A DNA stretch of 64,000 bases from a virus. Its lineage: Duplodnaviria; Caudoviricetes. The notes below the pieces were generated by a model. The model was not told where the DNA came from. It saw only the letters and a program-made list of their open reading frames with translations, and searched no databases. Made by a program: the position numbers and the translations under genes. The stretch covers positions 64,001 to 128,000 of IMG/VR virus record IMGVR_UViG_3300033388_005412. One strand, written 5' to 3'. The first letter of the stretch is position 1; each line of letters begins with the position of its first letter. Positions 29,601 through 38,900 of this stretch are shown here, piece after piece.

Positions 29601-32600
29601 CACCGGCCGCTGACGCTGTTATATTTGAAAAACTAGGAACATCCTGTGTCATCTTCAAACTTTTCATAACTTTAACAATACTATTTAATGCTTTATCATA
29701 ATTTCCGGCAAAAATACTTTCTTTAAACGCATTTGCTTTTATCACTAATTCACCAGTTTGGCGATGAGTTACAACATTCAATTTATCACTTATTCCGGTG
29801 CTCTTAACGGCTCTTACTACCGCAGCCTTTTTATTGGCATCCTTTCCAGCCCATGCTGAAATTCGCCCAAGCATAATAGTTAACATGCCGGCAGGATCAA
29901 CTGTTTTAAGAGTATCATGTCCAACCATCATATCAACACCGTCTGTCATGTCAGCTGTTTCTCTAATTATTCCTTTAGTTAATCCCTTCACCAAAACTTT
30001 CATACCGGCTTTTGCTTTATGTAAATAATCGAATTCTATACGTGTTTTACCTTGATATGATTTAACACTTGTAATTACGGCTTCAGTATTTCCTTTATAA
30101 TGCTGTGCAATGCCATTTAGTACACCAAAAGAATCATTGGGTTTAATAAACTGCCCAGGAGCAAGCTTTTCAATTTTCGTATCAACAATAGCATGTCCCC
30201 CATGACGAACAACCCCGAAACGATTCAAAAATTTTTTATCCATCCAAACCTGCTGCTCATGTGTTTCTTTACTATGCGTAATTAAAACATTCGCCCTATG
30301 CATATAATTTCTAAGTCCACCGTCAAGCATTTCATCTTCAAATAAACCAGGCATAAATGATCTACCTGTCTTATCAACTTTTAAACCTTTCCAATCAATA
30401 TTTCTACCACGGCCAACATCTATGGAAGTTGTGCTACCAAAAAACTGATACAGTGCCCTATGCAACGGCATACCATGAAATTCCGGATACACTTCATCAT
30501 ATGGTAATAATGTTTGTATTCCTCTAATTGATTTATTCGGTGATACAAGTCCTGAGACAAATGGTTTAAATTTAGGAGACATTTTCTCCATGGCATCCAT
30601 ATAATTCGGGCGATTTTTACGAATATTCCAATCTTTTTCGGACCATAAATAATTATCCAAAAAAGCATATAAATTATCTAGTACAGATTCATGCGCCACG
30701 TTTGAGTCATATAATTTTTGCCAACTCATTCCTTTATATAACCTACCAACCAATTTATCAACAAAATTTCTAACACCGCGGGGACCCTGTGGCAGATCTT
30801 CCAAGTATTTTATTCTATTATTAACCAGCGTTCTCAAATGTTCACCTGATAATGATCTATGCGCACCAGGATTTAATTTCATAGACTTTTGCTGATCAAG
30901 TGAACCTTGCAAAAACCTTATCACATCGCCAACTCCGCGACTTTTAGATTTATTTAATAATGTATTGAACGCATCAATATCACCTTGAATATTTTTACCA
31001 ATAACCTGTCCCTTTAAATATTGCGGCAACATTTTTATCAATTCATCACTTGTCACAGGAACAACTTTGTACTTTGCGGAACCCTTCAACGTAGCTAATC
31101 TTTCTCTATTTGCCGTTAACCCACTTATTTTAGCCACAAACTCACGTTTACCCTTTTGTACATCTGTTAGTTCAAATCTTATTGCCTCTTTGATCTCAGC
31201 GCCGTTTTTTGTCTTAATAACATTTAAAATTCCTATATCTTTTATACTATCTACTTTCACACCGTCAACAACAATTTTATCACGACTCATATCAATGTAT
31301 GTCAACACAGAATCCCTTTCTAAAAATTTAGCATGAATTTTCTGTAATTCCGGTAAAGCTGTTTTTTCAAGACCACTCATAAATCCCATAGATTTTAAAG
31401 TTTCTTTATACGGCGCAACATTTAATGATCGTGTCCAATCAACAATATCAACACCAGATACCGGCTCGGCGCCTTTTGTTATATTTCTCATACCCTTGTC
31501 GACCATGCCCTGAACATCTTTTTCAGCGCCTTGTATTAACAAACTCTTATTTTCAGTCGCCATTAAATTCAAAAAATATTTATGTATATTTGCAGACAAC
31601 TTTTGATACTGTTCGTTTGGGTAATTAATATCACCTATTTTAGCCTGTGATGTGATTTTTATAGGAGAAATCGGATCAAATCGCGTGGCCCATTTATTCG
31701 GCATATTCAAAGGTAATTTTATATGCCTGGATTGACCATTTGCTTTATTAAGAGCAACATCAAAAACAAATTTAGAACCGCCTCTGCCGAAATCTTCTAT
31801 GTTAACTGTGATATCATCAAGATTTGCGCCTATGTCGCTCGCTGTTTTTCTTATTAACTGGTAATATTTCATTAAATTATCATATCCCGGGCGAATATAC
31901 CCCGCACCTTTTAACATCTTTCCTGTTTTGGTGTATTTTCCACCAAAAACATCTAAAAGATTAGCGTCTTTAAATACTCTGTCTATTCTTTTTAATTGTT
32001 CTCCGCCTAATTTATTACGAAACTTTTCAACAACATCCCGGCTTATCTCACCTGTTGCTGGGATATCAGATAACAACTCTTTAATATTGGTTGTTGATGC
32101 CAACCTAACAGATTGAACAATATCATTCGGATCATTTACATATTTAGGAAACTCCAGCATTTTATATGATAAATCACTGATTTTCGCAATAGCTGACGGT
32201 ATATCACCAATCTGCTTAACACCCCTCATTTCGACACGAAATTTATTATTTCTGGCTTGGGTGTGATAAAGAAACTCCCTTATCGAGTTTTTATATTCCT
32301 TTAGAATCGAAGCCGGGAGACTAGTTAAACTATCATTATCAAATGAATTAACCTCAAGACTGGGGTGTTTATTAACCATTCTTCTTTTTATATATTCAAT
32401 TGAATTAACATCATCGATATTATCGCTTATATTTTCACCCCATTTTTTAATAACATCGCCACTGGTTGATTTCATAATATTCTGCTGTATCTCTTTATAA
32501 CCAGCAAGCGGATCTTGAATTGATGATGCGCCGAATCCTTTAATACCTTCAGTCATATAGTTCATTTCAAATCTTTTATTTATATCAGTAATCTTTCCAA

Positions 32601-32982
32601 TAGTATTTTTAATATTACCAACATAATCGGTCATAACATTATCAGCATCTCTCGTCAATTTCTTTACCGAATCAATTAACTGTGATTGCCCAGTAGTTAA
32701 CTCCGGAACCCATTTATCCAGCTCAAAAGTGGCACCCGATGTCGCCTGTTTTGTTATTTCATTGTCCATCCACGGGAATAAATTCGCAATGGTTTTTTGA
32801 AACTGACGAAGCGCTTCCGAAGACGGATAATGCAAATTATAACCAAAAATCTTCTTTGTATTATGATATTTCTTCATCAACGTATTCATAGACACACCAT
32901 ATATTCCCGCAAAGGCCGTTATAGAAAATAACCTGGCGCCTAAATTCACATCTTCTCTATCTTTTCTGCTAAAATTTTTCAT
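26671..32982 (-). CDS. Single-chain two-barrel (double-psi beta-barrel) RNA polymerase-like protein, probable virion RNAP, 2103 aa
   Basis: beta-like: THEQQVWM, PGQFIKPND, GMKVLVKGLTKGII (K995/K1003), DGVDMMV; beta'-like: VAIRFPTT...GDMMRISSVIGKLLGGDSDGDE (D1673-D1677). Confidence 0.8.
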   Translation of the reverse strand: MKNFSRKDREDVNLGARLFSITAFAGIYGVSMNTLMKKYHNTKKIFGYNLHYPSSEALRQFQKTIANLFPWMDNEITKQATSGATFELDKWVPELTTGQSQLIDSVKKLTRDADNVMTDYVGNIKNTIGKITDINKRFEMNYMTEGIKGFGASSIQDPLAGYKEIQQNIMKSTSGDVIKKWGENISDNIDDVNSIEYIKRRMVNKHPSLEVNSFDNDSLTSLPASILKEYKNSIREFLYHTQARNNKFRVEMRGVKQIGDIPSAIAKISDLSYKMLEFPKYVNDPNDIVQSVRLASTTNIKELLSDIPATGEISRDVVEKFRNKLGGEQLKRIDRVFKDANLLDVFGGKYTKTGKMLKGAGYIRPGYDNLMKYYQLIRKTASDIGANLDDITVNIEDFGRGGSKFVFDVALNKANGQSRHIKLPLNMPNKWATRFDPISPIKITSQAKIGDINYPNEQYQKLSANIHKYFLNLMATENKSLLIQGAEKDVQGMVDKGMRNITKGAEPVSGVDIVDWTRSLNVAPYKETLKSMGFMSGLEKTALPELQKIHAKFLERDSVLTYIDMSRDKIVVDGVKVDSIKDIGILNVIKTKNGAEIKEAIRFELTDVQKGKREFVAKISGLTANRERLATLKGSAKYKVVPVTSDELIKMLPQYLKGQVIGKNIQGDIDAFNTLLNKSKSRGVGDVIRFLQGSLDQQKSMKLNPGAHRSLSGEHLRTLVNNRIKYLEDLPQGPRGVRNFVDKLVGRLYKGMSWQKLYDSNVAHESVLDNLYAFLDNYLWSEKDWNIRKNRPNYMDAMEKMSPKFKPFVSGLVSPNKSIRGIQTLLPYDEVYPEFHGMPLHRALYQFFGSTTSIDVGRGRNIDWKGLKVDKTGRSFMPGLFEDEMLDGGLRNYMHRANVLITHSKETHEQQVWMDKKFLNRFGVVRHGGHAIVDTKIEKLAPGQFIKPNDSFGVLNGIAQHYKGNTEAVITSVKSYQGKTRIEFDYLHKAKAGMKVLVKGLTKGIIRETADMTDGVDMMVGHDTLKTVDPAGMLTIMLGRISAWAGKDANKKAAVVRAVKSTGISDKLNVVTHRQTGELVIKANAFKESIFAGNYDKALNSIVKVMKSLKMTQDVPSFSNITASAAGVTAVMNRTWDAAEKGAVVSELIRRISIPGSMYSQFYQKAWEMSPDEFSGWAEEARKMVGEIKSYDSAVVDKIFSKKYVSFLEIVRPLVNKQQPGDFTPGVLVSNMQFGFSQLESLMGRGGGTVPLNISFLNVLKHQPGSSKLFEGLLNMAQEQNSYKMGQLRRQFAISQGVVEPGGVDIIQKFNSILKGVEGNEFKKMAKKFLHSDPSEWGSMAKIADQTFHEIEGTLYDVNSPEYSKLPTYLKAKGKLISEQIIRGRTVPRDIADLFQKIGLGYVKTPKATFAKVPGTRFGMSNSVVQLYEQPWIDATDGKHSITSQLMITQANLLKKVLSGSPGAGGFLQKMLDIMSEYKITPGMKFSAPGATGTLQFADPYITGAEGILGNYTKKSVLDFEVQVSKDWVNNNAKMIKQQITSMGSSEMDSVMKYLKNYGGWISGNKNHVGAAHPYWKQVANKVVGKLGEKDMTVDGLFKATQETNLNSIKGGQIRKLWSDAFSKELIPAPGVAIRFPTTGGESMPPVMAWARSTIKGDMMRISSVIGKLLGGDSDGDEAFLAITPKGMKEFSQAAFTRRGVYSKASTMALEPVTRGDVTKYATYDPKLHASVLKPLKIAKEIIKKNIRNEFAFMKSSPGEWEKVMEKMATFPKSWPPKITPLVNRAIALMGDQKWRPTEAHDFLGKITPMIEWGLKVKGKTMTLSDEVSNALYNLSEPKNVRFMDDTAKLDVKVGEFWNAELPGKSSAAFVRKHLGPNAKVRTREWMVAAEMDQPDYWSRGNRVTQSFISGNSTIGKAIIHNITNPGATAASEHVKPFLLDGLNFQTQGSDITMLQCMKKDFVNKLGQTAWKNAGNLSRIGGMVALGYAALNLFRPNQMGSLGHMPGNGGEKWDYAFTKPELDWAQLMQTPLGNPSDLPKAYIELFNNKSFENIQKKKYLSLPRMPVFKNEIRQKAYTRNNFSTTSYNIDSVSVREKLQKYGK

Positions 32983-35900
32983 TATGTATTATAAACCATA
33001 ACACGATTGCTGCCGCCTAAACTCGGCGTTAGTGAAATCGAACCGTGAACACCAGCCCTGTCAAGCGCGATTTCAATTGTCCGCTTTATTTCCATATAAT
33101 TTTGAGTTGGTGTGTATGCTATGCCACCCGTCGGGTTTTCCATATTAATTGGCATAATACCCGGACTATTTGCCACTCTCCTGGCCTGGCGGTAATGACC
33201 GAGACCAAAATCATGAGACTGAAGACCTTCATTTTCAACTGTAACAAGTTTAACATCATCAATCGGAACTTCCGGCGCATATACCGCTGAATTAGGATGC
33301 GGCATCGGCGAAACCTGCTGTTTACTTACCACCATATCAATTGCTCTGCCGTCAATCGCGTTCCATTTAGTTTCAAGTAAATGACCCGTTTCGGCCGGAA
33401 CATATTTTAATATATTATCTCTTTCTTCCGGATCAGTTGTTTGTAAAAACGACACAATATGCTGTTTTTCCTGCGGGGGTGTGGCACGATACATATACGT
33501 CCATCCCTTTCCACTTTTATCACTGGGTAATAAACCCATCATCGTACCGCGGGCCTCGTCTAAATATTGCTCATCTCCTGTCATCTGATATAGCATATTA
33601 TTTTTGGTATATGTTAATTGATCAAAATATCTATTAATTTCACGACCCTTTCTAACACTCGCCGGTATGTATGTCGAACCTGTCACATCATTAACCACAC
33701 CATGAACTAATCCATATGCAGCCCCAACTGCCGCACCGGCTGCAGTACCAAGTCCAGGTCCGCCCACGAGTGTCCCAGCCCACGCACCGGGAATCGAACC
33801 TTGAAATGCTGTTGTTTTTGACATAAATCCCCGAGAATACGCATCAATCCAATGGTCATACGGCTCTGACCACATCTTAACACTTCTTCCATATAACATA
33901 TCTCTTTTGTATGCTTCCAATGGTGTTCTATATGGAAAAAACTTCCTGGAAAACGGCAAATCTGCATGCGACACCGTCTCCCAGACGCTTCCCATGAATC
34001 TCTCAGGTAATGAATATTCACTTGCGGCTTTTATATCCTCATTTAATGACATATTATTATATTCCGAATCAGGGGTTAAAACTTTTCCCCTAAAGCGATA
34101 TGGAAAAAGCTCTTCCTTCATCATGATCGCTTTTCTTTTTTTCAAAATTTTATTTAAACGATCTTCATGATCATACCCACCCATCATTTGCGCCTTTACA
34201 ATATCTAACTCCTGTTTGTATTCAGGACTGTATGGGCCCGTGTTCGCAAGAATATTTAGTCTATCGATATGGCTATACCCTTCAGTTCCAAAACCAAGCC
34301 CCCTGGAATACAATTCACCAGCCATGTGTCTAGCTTGACGAACCGCCGCGATGTCTCTGTCATATCGTTTTTCACTATATGTAGCGGGATGCATGGCCAC
34401 AGGTTTTCCACGCCACTGGTATTGAATATTGCCTTCATAAGTTCCGGTTTGCTTCATATAAAAATTAATCTCAGATATATCCTGTTCAGTCGGACCTATA
34501 AAACTATTTAATTCACTATCACTTAAGTTTTTAATTTTTTGAACAGATTTTCCACGAGTTCCTCTTATAATACCGTCATGCGCACCACTGATATTATTAT
34601 ATGCATCATACACATTAGCACCGGCCATTATCTCTCTGTTTTTACGATCTAATTCACTGGTTGCTCTTTCCAATCCTCTCTTGGGATATAGTCCCAAAAA
34701 CATACGGGTCACATCAGGCACACTCATACCCATCATCTCTCCCATCGCTGGCCATGTGAAATTAATATCAAATGCCGTTTCATGCCCCAAACCAGGAAGT
34801 AATAACTCACCCATTGGAATTTTCGAAAAAGGATTACCAGTTTTATACTTTTGAGTCATCCAAGACGGCATACGGTTACAATTATGAAGTAACATAAACG
34901 GCGTTGTGAATGATTCGCCTTTCTCAACTTGAATATCATAAACATTACCATTATAATGTTTAGTTTGAACATCAGTAACCATGGTAAATAAGATATCATC
35001 TTCGAAAAAATGTCTATGCCAACTTGATTTTTTATTATTTCGTAATTTCTTATTTTTTATTTTTATTTTATACCCATAGTTTTCATTTAATAATTTTACT
35101 AATTTTTCCTCATATTCTGATAAAAGAGTTAAATGATATGATCCTGTTGGTTTATATAAATGAACACAAGAAACACATTTAAACTGTAACAACAAATTTC
35201 TTAATGATAAAATTAAGGATAAAGATGGACTACTTGACTTTATAGCACACACATTGGATTTAATTGACCCATCGCCTTCAAAATGACCATGAAATAAACC
35301 CAAAATAAATTCTTTTGGGAAATGATATAATATAAAATCATCAATATATTTATTCTTTGCCCCTGACCCAAATAATTTTGAAAATAATTTATTATAAAAT
35401 GTAGAATAAATATCAATTTCAATACCATTTAAACTTGCTTTATATATATTTCCTTTAATATTTTTATTTTTAAACCATTTTAAAATATCCAATGCAAGAG
35501 TATTTCGTTCATCTTTATGTAAAGCAAATTTAACAACATGACCTTTTGAAGATGAAGATCCCTCACTCAAATATAAACCACAAATAAATCCAAAATTATA
35601 ATCTAATTCTATAAATCTATTATATCTTTTACCACAACCTTGTCCATTATATTTCCAAATTTTATCACCATCATTCCGATTATAATATTCTGACATAAAA
35701 TCATCACAATCTAAAGTTTGATAACACTCATCTGTTTTTAATATAGGATATCCAACAAAATCATATTTACTGATATCTTCAATATTTTTCCACTCTGGTT
35801 TATAATCTCTGTATTGTTGCCTTGTTTTATATCTTTTTTCATTAAAAGTATTATATCCGCATGTTCCACAAGATTTATATAATCGATTTTTAACACACAC

Positions 35901-38900
35901 TATATTTCGCTCTGGATGACTATGACAAAATTTAGTTTTTATAACATATAAGGGATGGTTATGTGTTAACCACACATTTTCAAAATTGTTATATAATCGA
36001 ATTTTATATACTTTCTCATTAACTAGTCTACTACTTTTTTTAATAACTTTTGTATAATCAAATCCAAAAACATTAGCACCTTTTTGTATATCTTGAATTT
36101 CTACAACTTTCATATTTTTAGTTACAATCATACTATCTTCAGTTAAACATATAGGATTAACAGTTTCAATCTCACCACTCATACCCCTTGGCCGCGGCAC
36201 AAGTCGGCGCCAAAGCTCTGTATTATGAACCGCAATACCTTCTGCAACATAATAATTTAAATCTTGTATCTGTAAATCGTACACATCAACATTTTTATCA
36301 TTTAATTGTTCAACTTTTTTAACTTTTATAAATAATTTATTATCATAAATAAAAGAATTTCCATTTTTAAAATCAGAAATATCCATACTTTTATCATATA
36401 ATAAATTATATATGCCAATAGATGACTGCTTATTCCAATGAATATAACTACTAATGCCCGGCTTTCTTATTGTCCCTTGAGGTAACAATCCACCACCTTT
36501 ATCATGATAATTTAAAACTAAATTACCATAAAAACCCAATATAAGTCCAATATCAAAAACATCCTTCACAAAATTAGACGAACACGAATGAAATCCAGCT
36601 TTCTTTATATTAGAATAACCATCTCCAAGTTGAACACCCTTAAAAAATTCCGAAACAATTTTTTTAGAAGATGATTTTATTATGTAATCTATTTTCTTAT
36701 TCTCAGCTCTTTTACCACATAATTGTGTAGCTAATATAGATAACGGTATACATTGTATTCTTAAAATTAATGTATTGTTTTTTACTTTTAATGTACCAAA
36801 ACTACCAAATTTAATTCGAACAATTTCTAATATTTGTTTTGCATATGCTATTTCATTTTTGTTCATCACAAAAGAAACTCGTCCTCCCTTTTCAACATAA
36901 CCCTCAGCCGCATACCATCCCAACAAATATGAAATACTCTCATCAATTTTAACATATCGATTAAACTTATATATTGTTACTCCACGTCTATGTTCCCGTA
37001 TAGCATCTTTAGCAATTTTATCAGAAATTCCATGATCTCGTAATTCTTTACGAGTATAAAAATTACTTGAAAGTAATTTTCGCGCCTTAATATATGATAT
37101 ATACCTCTGTTTATTTTTTATATTATTTGAATACATAAATTCATTATCGTGATACCTATCAGTATACTTTGATAAATCAATCACATATTCTTTCCCTTTC
37201 GGCTTTACAATTGGAACGACACAATAATCGCCCGGTTTGATGTCCTTAATATTTGTATCACACACCTCGATCTTGCTATTTCTTCGGGAACAAAAAAGAC
37301 ACTTCGCTTTATTTCCAGGAATACATGGTCTTGTATTTTTGTGAGAACTATCAATACACCTCGTTCTTTTAAATATCGGAATATGGTGTTTTGATGTTCC
37401 TATTAATTCAGTATTAATAGTGGCCAATTTCATCTTATATAAATCAGATGCTTTTTTATGAATTTTATCAACAACATTATGTAACTCGCCGTCTAACGAT
37501 AAAACTTTATCACCAACATTTACATCAATAATTTTTTTTAATCCATTATCGGTCGAAATATCAGTATCGGATAGAAAACATGCACCAGTTGGGTCGCCCA
37601 TATTCTGATCCCAAAATGCTCTTCTGAATGATGTGATGTCATTTGATGACGCCAATACCGGATTATCCTCAAACGTACGAGCGAAGCCAAGCATTTTTTT
37701 ACTCATTGTCTCGGCTCCGAAACCCCATAATCCCATATATTCAGTTAAATTATATAATTGTTTATCAATTGTTGATTTCACACCTGAAGCACTCATCGGC
37801 GCAACACCTCTCATTTCAGCGGTTCCCGGTATAAGCGGATTATCTCCGCCGCCTATTGTAACAGCACCGCCCTTAAATGCCGAAATATCGCCATGACCTC
37901 TGCCTGCATAACCCATTGACGATAATGCTCTGTCAACCTCTTCTTTATGCATTTCACGCGGCGGTAATATAGTGCGCCCAACCGTTGCGGCCAATGTTGG
38001 ACCAATAATAGGAAATTCTGAAAAAGGTACACCAGTCATTGGAAATGGCTGAGAATAATAATGACGGAACGCGTATCTTCTGCTTCCACCAAGAACATAA
38101 CCTAACGGATTAAAATCCAAAATCGGCAATGGTTTATATAAAAGCTGTTCAAGAGGATTTCCCAATCCTTCCGGAGTTGACTTATATTTTGATTTTGTCC
38201 TGGCAAACCAATTCGGTGTGAACATTTGTGTGCGATTGCCCTTCCATTGTCCACTGCTTAAAAGCCACCAACGACCTTTTCTATACGGAACCTCTTCTCT
38301 ACCGCTATATATTTCTTCTAACTCATCCTGAGATTTAGTTATATCAAATGCACCAAAACCCTGTGTCGCGCCCAGGCCGATGCCCATCAGCATACCATAT
38401 CCTGCTCCAGCCGGACCACCCCAAATTCCACCGATTTTTGCGCCTGCGGCAATTGGAACAACCGCGCCGCGCATTGCCCTCATAAACGGACTATCAATGA
38501 AACCAGGCATTAAACCTTCAGCATATTTGGCCGAATCTGTTATGCCCAAATCATCATTGACACGTGCAAAAAGCATTCGCCCCTTGACACCCTGTTCCGC
38601 AATCGCCGTGTTAAGACCCTCGTCAAATACAGTCCCGTCAAATAATGGATTCTGATCAGTTAACTTGTCGGCTATATCCCAGGCATTTATAGCTCCGGCA
38701 ATTGGTAAAACACGCTTCATCATCACACCTCTTGTGAATAAATCAGCGCCTGTTTTATATGCTTTCGGATCCAGACCAAGACCAAACCACTCGAACAATC
38801 TGGCTGATCTATTAATTGCGGCCTCAGAAAACACATTATTGAATAAAGATGATTTTTCTCCAATACCTGGCCAGAATCCATATAAACTTGTTACATCTGA

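Noticed and set aside
32970-33000. Programmed frameshift fusing tape measure and RNAP into one P23-45-like polypeptide
   Set aside because: The genes overlap as TAATG, but there is no X-XXY-YYZ slippery heptamer before the stop; translational coupling is the simpler explanation
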